Positions 51,937 through 64,000 of a stretch of 64,000 nucleotides of DNA are shown here, in pieces (within the stretch, counting starts at the first letter, position 1; each line of letters opens with the position of its first letter). The notes beneath the pieces were generated by a model, which was not told the DNA's origin, made no database searches, and saw nothing but the letters and a program-made list of their open reading frames with translations. A program made the position numbers and the translations under genes. This DNA comes from Anthoceros angustus (taxonomy: Eukaryota > Plantae > Anthocerotophyta), in contig MU008163.1 of assembly GCA_010909165.1 (NCBI GenBank), forward strand, positions 1-64,000, given 5' to 3'.

Positions 51937-52383
51937 CTAGGTAGATCCATCCGCGGCCGTTGCATCGCATTCCTGCAGGCCGCAGCTTTCATGTCAGACT
52001 GGACCGTTGAAACGCAGGTCCAACGGCTTGATTGAAAACACGGCAAGGTACCTTGCTAATTGCCTCCATTTGCGAGATCAGGCCGTCCAGCTGAGTTTTA
52101 GTGAACTCTGAGATGATCACTTCAGGCTTCCTCCTCTCCCTGGGGTCCTCGTCCTCTGCCAATACCGATGGCAGAACGGAGAGCTCCAGTCTAACCAGCG
52201 GCTTGTTCACAGAGGCCAAGGAGTCGCTAGAAACTGCGTACTGTGTGGCACACGTCAGGGTGGCCTCAGCCAGTTGATTTCTCAAGAAACGACATACATA
52301 CGAGCGAGCCACAGTAGCATGTGTACCTTAAGCTTCCAATCGAAGTCCACCAGAACAGGCGCCTCAGCTGCCTTGCCGCTCAT
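51937..52383 (-). CDS. COMM-domain protein (~93 aa; exons 52327-52383, 52052-52240, 51937-51972)
   Basis: LVDFDWKLK|YAVSSDSLASVNKPLVRLEL...SEFTKTQLDGLISQMEAISK matches the COMM/HCaRG signature (W and P conserved); the last exon is less certain. Confidence 0.8.
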
Positions 52384-54151
52384 GGCTTCTTCGGTAGATA
52401 TTGTTCCCTCTGGAGTTCTTCCTCGTGATGGATATATTTCCTCCGAGTTCTTCCGCCCTCCCAAACAAATCGTAATCCACCCAAGTAAATCGTAAGTGTG
52501 AGTAGGTCTGCTTGATTCCGACGCTGTGATCAAATTCCGACTCTCGGATGAAATGACGGAACCCTGGAAAGGACTTGAACAGACGAGAGTTGTGACTGAG
52601 GTCCACCAGCTGTGGTTGCATGCACCGCAGATGCAAACCCTGATCAACTTGTATCCTCATCACTCATCACCTGGTTTGCGGACCGACATGACACTAACAC
52701 AAGCAGAAGGTAACTAATCCGATTGGATGCACATGGACACATGCTTTTCTGCGGTAAGGCCGGCAGCAGGGAAGCCTGCTCACGCTCTACCCGAGGCTGT
52801 GTCAGACCCAAGTGCAAAAAACCAGGGTAAAGGACGGAAAAGGCGTGGTGCGAGTCTGACCGTGCAGGCCGCAAAGGGAAGCCACACAAGCGTCAGAAAA
52901 ATCATCGGCTACAAAGCATAGTACATACCACGACAGGCAACAGCAACAGTAACAACAAGAGCTGCAGCGTTTTCGAATTGTTACAACCGATTGCCTGCGC
53001 GATATTTCACCCTGCTCTGCCACTATCATGAGCCACTCGAGTGGAGGGCATCTGTGGGGAACACCTTGGGAAGTATATCAACTCCTCGCTGCTGACACAC
53101 TGTGACGGCAACATATGTAGCAGTCAGTGGGTCTGTCCACCGATGGGAGGCTAGGGTGCTGTACAAGAATGTCTGTAGTCACATGCAGCCGTGAGCTCGT
53201 GAATCACATTCCCCCCTGCCTGATTGAGCACGGCCCACCAGATGCCTGATACATGATAAGCTTGCGGAGAGGACGGGGGAATGAGACAGGCAGACGTTTT
53301 TCACCTTCAACATTCCTGGAAGGACAGAAAACACAACAGGAGGAACAGGACAATACAGCAGGAGGAAGGAGCAAAAACTGCTGGAGTTGCCTCGCACAGG
53401 CTGTTGGTCAACATCCTTGTATATTGAATGCTGCACACAGGCAGCGGTGATCAGGGTGGAACAAGGCCCAAGACAGATGTGGAGCCCTGTCCACCTTGCA
53501 AAAGCAAAATCGTTGGCACCTTAGCAAGTTTGTCTACTTTGATTCACTACCTGGGCAAGCCAGTGCCTCCGGCTATGCCATGCTCGAAACTCCCGGGAAG
53601 CTAGTTTCTCATGATCCTGGGTGTCTGCAACAGAAACTAGCAGCCAAGATAGATAGATAGACAGTGTGACATGGCAGTGATGTCGTCAAATAAAAGTTAG
53701 GCAGCAATTAGGATGGTAGGTCAGACCTTTGCTGATAAAAAACACTTCCTGGCAACTCAAAGACCTTCCAAGGCCAGCAGGATCATGTGTGAACCTAACA
53801 AGGAGCTCAGCAATACAGGCAGGTTGTGGTCAAACTAGGCTCACCGGGTGTTTGTTCTAAGGAAATGTACAAGAGGTGAAGCTCTTCAACTAACTCTGCG
53901 TACACCATGGGGGGTTATTGTGTGTTCTCACAGAGCAAATGGGTAAGAGAAGATGATTCCGTCATCTCCACTCACACCACAGCTCAAGTCTTCCTCCATC
54001 TGGTCAGCAATGAGCCGGCAGAAAACTGTGCCGTGAGGGTGATAAAAAGGGGAACAAGCTGCTCGGCTACTGCAGTGGACTAGGTTGTCAGTGGGGTTGG
54101 CCCAGCTAATTGGTCAATGGGGCTCTCTGGTCTAACAATGGAAATAGCATG

Positions 54152-56801
54152 TTAAGAGGCAGGAGGCACCGAGTTGATGCCCTGCCTTTGGAGCTCAGCC
54201 ATGACGCTGTCCATGGATGGTGGCTTCAACCCCAAAGGTAGTGGTGTATAAGGATTGGCAAGGGCCTCGCTGATGGCTGCATCCAAGATCTCCTTTGGCT
54301 GCACAAACCACCCCATCAGACAACCGTTAGTTTTGGCCGAACTGTCCGAAAACTTTACAAACGGACCTAAAAAACACAAGGCATACCGGATGGAAATCAG
54401 AGGGTTTGCTGTTTGCTGCAGCTCCTGCCGCAACAGCAACATCGGGATCCCCCGATGATGTAGGATACATGGGAACTGGCATTGATTCGTCAGCGAAAAA
54501 ACCATCTCCAGAGAGATGAGGAGCAGTCATGTGTGGCATGGCATGCATTGCCGACATTGGATATCTCTGAAGAAACACACAAACTGCAGCTCAAGGTACC
54601 TAAAGCAACTAAGTCCAAACAGCCAGATTTCCTAAAGCCTTCGAAGAACTTGGAAGCCTTTGACGGGAAGCAGAAGTGGGGCAGTTAAAGCAAACGTACC
54701 AGCATGGACTGCGGATAACAAGGTGTCCCGAGGGCAGGAGTAGAGTGCCCCCAAGCTTCCGGCGGGTATGCCTGCACAATTAGTACACATCAGAAAAAAC
54801 GTTGTGTGTACCGTCCATCTCCGGGTAGACTTCCAGCCCCAGTCAGTAGTATCCAACTCTCTCCAGCTAGCATGTGCTTAACCCGACAAGCATCTTGAAC
54901 AAGTTTTTGCTGAGAGTGCTTTTCAATATCAATAGTACAAGCTTGTGAGCTCAAACTGTCACAATTTCCTCCCAGATCCACCGAGGACCCACATGAACAT
55001 GTTGGCTCTGGCAAGTCCCAGCAAGACAATGGACTGCGACTGAGAATCCTCCAAATGGAGAAGCTGAACATTACCACTGGATGCTGCCAATAGCTCCCGT
55101 CAGGGGCTTGCCACGCTGTGGGAGCAGACATCTGCGGTTGCTGCCACAAGTGCATGGAGGAGTGGTCGACTGTAGGATGGCCCCAAACATGCAAGGGAGC
55201 AATTGGCGTTGCATGAGGTCCAGGGTGAGGCTGGATAGGTGTGAGACCCACAGGCGGCCTTGGCTGGATCGGGGTGGGCGTGCTATGATGTGCACCCACC
55301 CAGGATGTCCCATCCCGCCTACTCCTTGTCCAGGATGTAGGGTCGATGGGCCGTCGATGATGCCAGGTAGCCGCCTCTGCCTCCCTTGCAAGCAGATGCC
55401 GCCTGTGTGACCGATATTTCTGCACACACCAGTCAAAATCTCTTCAGGTTACTAAAACAGAGACTACTAAACTAATTTAGGACTGACCGAGCAAAACAGC
55501 GAGAGTGCAATAACAACAATGGAGAGAAGGAGCACCTGCAAGTGACTGGCAATGTTATGCCGGGTGAGGCATTGCACTCCCATGAGCTCCAGGATTCGGG
55601 AAGGAATGGCCTTCTCCACTCCAAGTTGTTCCACGGCCTGTACAAACCTCCTGTGAAGCTCGGGGGTCCAGTCCACCTGCAGAGAGCAAAGAATTACTAA
55701 CATAAGCCGCAATCACAAGCACAAGCACAACCACTGCAATCACAACACACTCCAAGCTCCGCAACTAACCTTCACCTTCCTCCTCCCCGCAGACGCATTT
55801 TTGCCGTTCTTCCCGCCCTGGTCCACCGTGGACTGCTCACTCACAAGCTTCTTCTCCACCTGACTGCACGCCTCCGAGGCCTCCGACACGACAGAGGAAT
55901 GCTTACTGACAGAGGAGCAGCGGGACGAGTCCCTGTCCAGAGATTCCTCCTCCACCTTGGCCACCTCCGCCAGCAGCAGCGCCTCCTCCTCTCCAATCTC
56001 CCCGTCGTGCACCTCCCCGGCGTCCAGCGCCTCCACCCCGATGTCCAGCATGGAGTCCGGCAATCTCAAGATACACGGGTCCAGCTCCAGCCCGCTGCCG
56101 CCATCAATAGGATCGTTCAACACAATGCCCGGGCTCCCGAGCCGCAACTCATCATACAAACTATCGTCATCCAGCTCCAGCTTGATGCACGCGTGCTCAT
56201 CGTCCTCGAATTTAATCTCGGTGCAGCTGAATTTCATATCCGCACACGACAGCGCCGGGAGCTCGTCCAGCTCCAGCTTCACGTGCGAAAACACGTCCGC
56301 CTTGGCCAGCGCCCTCCCGAAATCCCCGAGCTGCAGCTGCTCCTCGTCCCGCAGGTACAGCCGCTCCACATTATCCAGCATACTGAGCGCGGGAGGCAGC
56401 TTGTCGCACGGCAGCCGCTCGTAGTCCGCGGGATCCAGGCTGGCCAGCCCTAGCAATTCCCCGCCCGGGGGAGACGACACCAGACTGGCCAATGTGGAAT
56501 TCCCCTCCGCATCCTCCTCGAACGCCTGCAGCTCCGTCTTGACAAGCAGCGCGCTGTTCTCCGCCTCCTCCCCTCCCGGATCCATGCTTCGCACCTCCAG
56601 CTCCCGCTCCTCCAGCTCCTGCTCCGCTTCCTCACAATGCGCTTCCCTGCTCCTGCCGCTGCTGCTCCTCGCAGCAGCAGCCAGGTCCCTCCTCCTCTCC
56701 GCCATCCCTGCCCCGCTTCTGCCGCTGCCTCCGCTCCTCCTTCTCCCTGTGCTGCCGCTCCTGCCGCTGCTGCTGCCGCTGCTGCTGCTCCTGCCGCGCA
56801 T
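54152..56801 (-). CDS. GLK: GOLDEN2-LIKE GARP transcription factor, 6 exons; start codon uncertain (56801, 56705 or 56585)
   Basis: KVK|[40 protein letters not shown]|[19 protein letters not shown] (AREAEAA motif); GCT box [27 protein letters not shown]; phases are consistent. Confidence 0.96.
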
Positions 56802-57339
56802 TGGCGGGGCTCAGCAGCGGAGGCCGGCGGGGAGAATGGCAGCTGCAGCGGCAGCGGCATGGCGGGGCGCAGCGGCAGCGTGGGGCTGGTGGACGAGGCC
56901 GCAGACGCAGCGGGGCTCGGCTCGCCCCGGCTCGGCTCGGCGCGTCTCAGGCCGCGTCTCAGACCGCCATGGCCAGCGAGAGAGGCAGAGGAAGCGGAAG
57001 CGGAAGCAACGGGAGTGAGTGTGCGCTGTGCTCTGGCTGGGCTGGGCTGGGCTGGGCTCAGCAGTGAGCAGCAGCGCTCAGCCCCAGCCACGCCAAATTG
57101 GTTTTGTGTCCATCCTGTCGTCTATATTTTCTTGTGTCCCGGAATGTCGATCCGCGGGACCGCCAATCCCGGCGCGCCCACTTGCTATCGCCGGTGCCCG
57201 CCAACCACGCGCCGGCCCAAGTCACCGGCACTCCCGCTCTTTCTGCGGCCCGCCCATCCCCATCGCATTCATCTCTCCCCTTTTCTCTACATCAAGCCTT
57301 TGGCCTTTCGCAGTGCGCGCACCTCACCACCTCCGCGCG

Positions 57340-57365
<26 letters not shown>
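57340..57365. repeat. (CT)n microsatellite upstream of GLK
   Basis: Directly visible. Confidence 0.9.
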
Positions 57366-57370
<5 letters not shown>

Positions 57371-57829
57371 CTCTCTCTTCTTTCACTCTCTGCTGCTCCT
57401 GCTTTCACCTCTGCTCAAGCGTTTCACCACTTGGCCCAGATTTGGCACGCTATGGATCCTTCCTCCACTTTATGCATTTAACACATCCGATCCCATCCAT
57501 TCCCATGGTTTTTCTTAGACTCCACTTCAATCCGATTCCGATTCTTCAAATTTACTCATTATTTTCTATAGTACTAAATATATTCTTGATCACATCCATT
57601 TCCACAGTTTTTCTCAGACTCTAGTTCAATCCCAGTCTTCAAATTTACTCGTTTGCACATAATTTTCAATAGTACTAGATATATTCTCTATAGTACTGGA
57701 TAAGGGTGCGGATGATCTGCAAGGTTTGTATGACAAGATGTGTCGGGTACTTCACGAAGAGATGCTCGTCACATCCTAATCATGGGATCTTACAGGAAGA
57801 AGTACACCGTCATGACACATTCGAACCCG

Positions 57830-58210
57830 GCATATTGTACTCGTCATATGGACACATTCAGTCGGACATATTGTACGAGTCGCATATTGGTATAGTATCT
57901 ATGGGATCTTTTGTGAAGGACATTTCTGGTCATGCATATGTACATACTCAGAATGTACTAGTCTTACAAATATACGGTAATAAATTCAGACATGTCAGAA
58001 TGTACTCGCCTTAGAATCATATGATGTTGAATTCATACGTGTCGGAACGTACTCGTCTTACAAACACATGTATAGATTAAACATTTTAGAGTGTACTTAT
58101 GTCATAGATTCAAACATTTTAAGATGCATTTCAGGCATCTCAACTTACATACTCATGGTATTGAATCTAGGCATATTCATAATGTACTAGTCATACAAAC
58201 ACGTGGTACT
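57830..58210. repeat. Degenerate ~47-bp tandem repeats
   Basis: Recurrent aatgtact(c/a)gtc(t/a)tacaaa...aattca..catgtcag units. Confidence 0.6.
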
Positions 58211-59874
58211 GCCATCTACTCATCTAGTATAGAACTAGATTAACACTTGATGAGAAAGGGGTATTGGGTTTTTCGACTACTATTTAACCATATTACTAAA
58301 ATCATGTGTATTGAGTGAACGGATTCGAAATGCAGCAACAAGTGTATAACGGAGAGAAGGGCTTGTAATTCATATTGAATGTAGATAGTAAAACAAACTA
58401 GCTTGAAAACATGGAATCAAGAGATTGGAATAATCTTCTTCCGTAGGAGAGAATGAAAAAAGAATATATTATTAGAGATAGTTAAGTAAAGATGCATGAC
58501 ACTGGAAAGCACTAGCAAAGTGAAGTGTGGGTACAAACAAGAGCATTATCGAAGAGTGGGTAGGTGTGATGCAGCAGCAACAGCAACAACTTATAGCACC
58601 ACAAGGATGAAGGGTGGCGGTACCCAGTGTTAGTGTTATTAAATTAACATAGCATGGCCGGCATCGGCATCGGCATGCATCACGATAATTTAAAAGATAC
58701 TAACCGACAACGAAACAGAACAAAGAAGGGTTTCCCGGTTATCGAGAAAGCGGGGCAGTCACGAGTCACCGTGCCCATGTCGCGGGCCTGAAAACATGGA
58801 GTTAAAAGAGGAAAGAGGCGACATAGGGGATATGTATGCGGATATGCCACCATGGAAAGCAAGCAAGCGAGGCCCAGGGCCAGGGCCAGGCTCTGGCTCT
58901 GGCCCAGGCCAGTCCGAGGTCCACGGGCGTCGGATGCCCAAAGGTTCCCCGGGGCTCTTCGCTCTTGGCTCTGCCTCTGCCTCTGCCGCTGCCTCTGGCC
59001 CCCTGCCTCTGCCTCTGCCTCTGGCCCCCTGCCCCTGCCCCTGCCTCCCGTGCCCTGTACTTGGCGCACCTCACAGCGAGAGAGGAGACCAAAGATATTC
59101 CAGGAATCGGCCTAGTTTATGCAGTAGCCCCGTGCTGCCCAGCCAACACCCATCCAGAGTGACATAGACCACGGTTGGTCGGCACTAGAGAGGGCGGGCA
59201 CATACTTCTTTTTCAATCCCTTGCACAAATTTTAACTTGTTTATGCATTTGTGCAAAATCGGGGGCGGGGCCGGGGCCGGGGCCGGGTAGGCCCGGGCAA
59301 GCAAGTTCAATGTTGCAAGCGAGCGAGGTGGGGGGAGGAGGGCGAGTGGATAAAATGAAGGGCGAGCTCGAGCTGCCCTGCCCGTTCGGCGTTCGGGCTC
59401 TGCTTCGAGTTTTTGCAGGCATGGAGGCCTCATCCACTCACTGGCCAAGGCGGCACCTACAAGCTTCCTCTTCCAGCTGCATGGCCTCAAATGTGAGCCA
59501 GGCACAGGCCACTGGCTGGAATCTTCTCAAGCGCGCATGCGGTTGGTCAACACTTGGGACCCACGCACAGTTGCTGTTGCTTTTGGGACCTGCCGCCAAT
59601 TGTTATCATTGGAGCCAGCCCCATCCTCCATCCCACAGGCACGCGGGCGGGACGCGACTCGGGAGTTGTTTCATTAATCTCCTGTGCCTCACTTTCACAC
59701 AGGCCTGTTCATGGACAATGCTGTCACAGGTTTCTGGGAGTAACAAAACGAGCAAACTCACGCTGGATCCGATTTTCCCGGTTGCTATGGTACACTCCTC
59801 GCCCTTGCAGAGACGTTTCAAAACTTGCCTTCGCTGCATTTCCTGTGTTCGGTGGCCCCTGCTGTGGGTCGGTT

Positions 59875-62800
59875 CTATGCAAGACCGTAGTCTCGTGAGT
59901 CTGCCTTCATTTGCGCTGGCTTAGTGTAAGGTGGCTCAAAGCCCCTCTTGGGCCTCTCGGTGAAGGTCTTGGTAGCTGCATTTTGATTAGCTTCTTTGGT
60001 TCTGTTGAAGATCTTTGTCTGTTCAAGCACACCGTTCACAGAGCCCAGTTTGCCATTCCCGTGTGCTGATATGAACGACTGGAGCTGTCCTGTCGCTGCC
60101 ATGATAAGACCTGGACACGCAAAAAAGCCGTCAAGATTAGCTGAAGAAGAGGCCACACACGTTGCTGCACACTTGCTGCCGTTGTGGTCACCTAGAAAGA
60201 CAGCGGATGGTTTGTTTGGCCGGGACTTGAACTCAGGATGGAATTGTACACCAACGTAATACTCATGGACATGTCCCGGAAGTTCAAGGATCTGCCGTAC
60301 AAACAAGAAGCTCATCAAGAATGATGGAACCACAAAACGGAAAAATGGAGCGAGCACCCAACAACACCCACCTCCATCCTCTGCCCAGTTTCATCCTTCC
60401 CTACAAACCGCATACCAGCAGCTTCCAGTTCCTCTACCATAGCTGGGTTCACCTGTAAGGAGAATCACACAGCCCCATAACATATTGCACCCAGTTGCTG
60501 ATCTAGGAAGTATCAAAACGACATGGTGCCTGCCCAAAAGATTAACTTGTCATTACCTCATATCGGTGACGATGACGCTCGTCGACATATGAATCTTTGT
60601 GATACCTGTACCATGCCATGCTAACAGGTGAATTGCCATGGCCTGTATGTCATGTCACAAGTATGAGGGGTAGTCTCATCACTTACAGCTTAGCCGTGAT
60701 GCAATCTGAACTTTGGAAGTAAGTCCTCCTCGAACCAAGTCTCATGGTACCTCCCATGTGAGTCTTGGAAACCTGATTGGCAACGTGCACTACATGATTT
60801 AGGACACTTATCTACCACTTGAGAGAGACTGATGTTGCCAAAGCATGTTCAAAACTTACCTCCGGCATGAAGATAACAGCTGGGCATGAAGTGGAAGGAT
60901 CAAACTCTGCACTGTTTGCATCTTTCTGTCCTAAAACCTACACAACATATCACATTGCACCTGCGGTCATACTCTTTAAGAACATCTAGGATTCACACGC
61001 ATTTATTTCTGACAGCTTTTTTGCGTGTCCAGGTCTTATTCATTTGCTGTATCAGATTGTGGTACAGCAAACTTACGTATCGAGCATACTCCAAAACAGC
61101 TATCTGCATTCCGAGGCAAATGCCAAGATAGGGCACACCCGCTTCTCGTGCATAATTTGCTGCCAGTACCATGCCTTGGGTACCCCTGTTCCCAAACCCT
61201 CCAGGGACCAAGACACCGTGAGACTCCTGCAAGACAAATACCCGCTCAGTAACGGTGCATGGGAGCTTGACTAGCTCTCATCATCATTGTGACACCTGGC
61301 TCACCTTCAGCAATTTCCACGCAGCATGATAGGCTTCTGGATTCTGGAGCCCACAGGCAAATTGGTTAGCTCTTATACAAAGCATTCTGGGCCGTACTTG
61401 CTGCATACATCACAATGACTCCAATCTCGGCTTCATCGTACCTCCTTCTGGGTTGCATCTTCCAAGTCAGTTGCCGCGACCCATTGCACATCAAGCTTCC
61501 GTTGGCATGCAATTGATGCATGCAGCAGAGCCTGAAATAGAGAAACAGACATCAGGGGGAGGCCAATGAGAAGAAATGTGAAAACACCAGCAGCACAAAC
61601 ACTGGGAGGGATGTGGAAGATGTGCCTCAGTGGTAGTGACAAAAGAAAATGTTGCATCACCACATTTGCTTCTGAGAAAAATGTTTTGTCATCATAGGCA
61701 CCGGGCTCTAAAAATGCTACAAAAGCATTAACTCGACCACGCGTGTGCATAAAGAATATGCTTCCACGACGACATTTCAAGCAAAAAACTAAGCCGAAGA
61801 ATCACACACATGTAGATGAGTACAAGAAATTAGTTCTGCTGCATGAGGTATTTGATTGCATAGCATTTAGAAAGTCGTGGTTCAAACCTTCAACACTGAA
61901 AGGTAGGAATCTGAAAGACCGTTGTACTTCCCGACCATTGCGATCTTCACCTGCACAGGTGGATGAAGACAAGCTCATGGGAAACTACAGGACGAAATCA
62001 CAGCAGACTTGATGACAAACCACAAATAGCACTATGAAACAAACTGAGAAGCCACTTACAGATACAGTGAGTTTGTCATAAAGGTTGGCTCTGATTGCCC
62101 AATCTTGTAATTCAGGATCAGAGACAGTGCTGCACAAACGGGAATCTCATTATTTGTATTCTAGCAAGCAAGCAGGGAACCATCATCCAGCTGATCAGAG
62201 CCCATGCAAGCCAACGTGTGACGAAAAGCCAGGAGCTCACTTCAAATTCAGCTGCTTCAGTATTGATGAATGAGCTTTCTGATCCTGAAATAATTGACAG
62301 AACCTGCTCATAAGGATAGAGTTGGAAACAGCCCTGGACAACTATGGTCACTTCAGGCAAAACAATCAGACAACGGGAATGGTCAATACCCGCAACAGCA
62401 GAGGAACCTGCCAGATGTTGGAAACGTCATAGATATTGAGTATGTGTGAGGCCTGTATGGAGGACCAACAACAGCATGAACGTGTAAGATGAGGAAAGGA
62501 GAAACAATCAGCAATGTGCAACCTCCCATGGGCAATCAATACCGGGAGAGCAGAAAAGACTTTCAAGCTCAAGCCTTACTGGCACATGACAAAACTGTGA
62601 GAGCTTTTCCTTGGTAGCCTGCTCCAATTTCTGCCACCAGGAAATAAACTATAAGCTTGCCAAAAAGGCTAAAACAAATTGACAGCCAAGGGATCAGGAA
62701 CCAGGCCAATACGCACACTGGCACTCCGGCAGGCCAGCAAGTGCGGAGTCAGACCCAGAGCTCTCAGTTCTCGGACACTGTGTTGAGTAGGCTTTGTTTT

Positions 62801-64000
62801 CTACACAGGAAAAGAAAAATTGGGGGTTCAGAAACTCTAATCAGGGCAACCGCAGCATGATACAACGGCCTGCATGTTTCAAATTTAAAATACAACACCG
62901 TGCAGCAAACGGGCAGCATATCACAGATAGCTACATAAAGGACTATCTACTAACCTGCTCGCCCACCACTCCAAGAACAGGTACCAGGCTCACATGCACG
63001 AGGCAGAAGTTCTCAGTCCCTACACGCACCAACATAAGATGAACTTAAACCCGAAACACGTGTTTCCCCACAATGCAACCCTTGCACGATCCTGCACTTA
63101 CCGACACGGAACTGGAATTGTCTGAGAGCTTCTATGAAAGGCATAGATTCGATGTCACCTGCCAAGAACGTAGCCAAGATTAGGTCAGTCGCTACTCAGA
63201 CTTAACATTTGGTCGGATTCAACCAACCCCGCTAAGAAGGCAACTCTACAAGAGAGGTAGTGCATTAACCAACAGTTCCGCCCAGCTCAATGACACACAC
63301 ATCGGGTGATCCGGGTAGCCCATCAACAGAGACCCTGGCAACCCTCTCAATCCAATCCTGAATCGCATCTGTGATGTGAGGAACCACCTGCCAGGTAAAC
63401 AAGCAATTAAATTCACTAACTCTTGCTTGCCACCTGAGGGACCGTCCATTCCAATACGCAGCAACTTGCCACACGAAATATTCAATTCCAAAACCTGCAC
63501 AGTCTTCCCAAGGAAATCTCCCCGCCGCTCCTTCTCAATGACAGACTGCATCAGCGACAACTCACATGAGAACCCCAAACAACGACTAAAAAACCTTCAC
63601 GCAGCCCAAACGTAACACCATCCACCAACCTGGTAGATTTTGCCGGTCGTAATGTTGTTGTCCGCCGTCAGAGTAATATCCAGAAACCTCTCGTAATTCC
63701 CAAGGTCCAAGTCAGCCTGCCCAAACAACACACCACAATACTAATCACCCCCCTGCACACAAAAATGCACAACACAACAAAATCCTCCACCACAAAATCA
63801 CCTCTCCGCCGTCATCCAGCACGAAAACCTCCCCGTGCTCAAAAGGCGACATCGTCCCCGCATCCGTGTTCAAATACGGATCTGCCACACACACTCATAA
63901 CTTCAAATTCTGCCTCGCTACTTCCTCCACTCCCCACTCCACCACGCGCCTGAACATAAAATCACCTCACCAATCTTAATCGAAGTAACACGAAGCCCGC
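59875..64000 (-). CDS. CTPS: CTP synthase, multi-exon, 5' end outside the window
   Basis: [107 protein letters not shown]. Confidence 0.97.

Noticed and set aside
54740-54760. Suspected frameshift in GLK exon 4
   Set aside because: A recount gives five C's; exon 54700-54771 is 72 bp and in frame ([24 protein letters not shown]).
58680-59924. ORFs between GLK and CTP synthase
   Set aside because: They arise from low-complexity hexamer repeats and the CTPS 3' region, with no homology cues.

Overview
Eukaryotic land-plant nuclear DNA with compact GC-rich genes and short GT-AG introns. A PLS-PPR/DYW:KP-type remnant suggests a hornwort, or less likely a fern or lycophyte (inference). Recognisable genes: pseudouridine-5'-phosphate glycosidase, YAE1-like, two ENODL/phytocyanin paralogs, a plastid PDZ protein, a short SYP5-type Qc-SNARE, two Root_cap/LEA-related secreted proteins, an orphan multi-EAR-motif gene, DSS1/SEM1, a COMM-domain protein, GOLDEN2-LIKE and CTP synthase (5' end outside the window). 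An ~11.8-kb tandem duplication (17942-29805 / 29806-41533) has complementary indel-rich patches and may be partly an assembly artefact. The rest holds transposon debris: coiled-coil ORF elements, a nested TA-flanked TIR element and Helitron-like ends. It also holds host-gene fragments of INO80, RabB and BRUTUS. I found no rRNA, tRNA or CRISPR array, and no complete novel multi-gene system that I can support. The best leads are the EAR-rich orphan, the DYW:KP remnant, the COMM-only gene and the PTS1-bearing intronless PUMY. All homology calls are from recalled motifs, not database searches.
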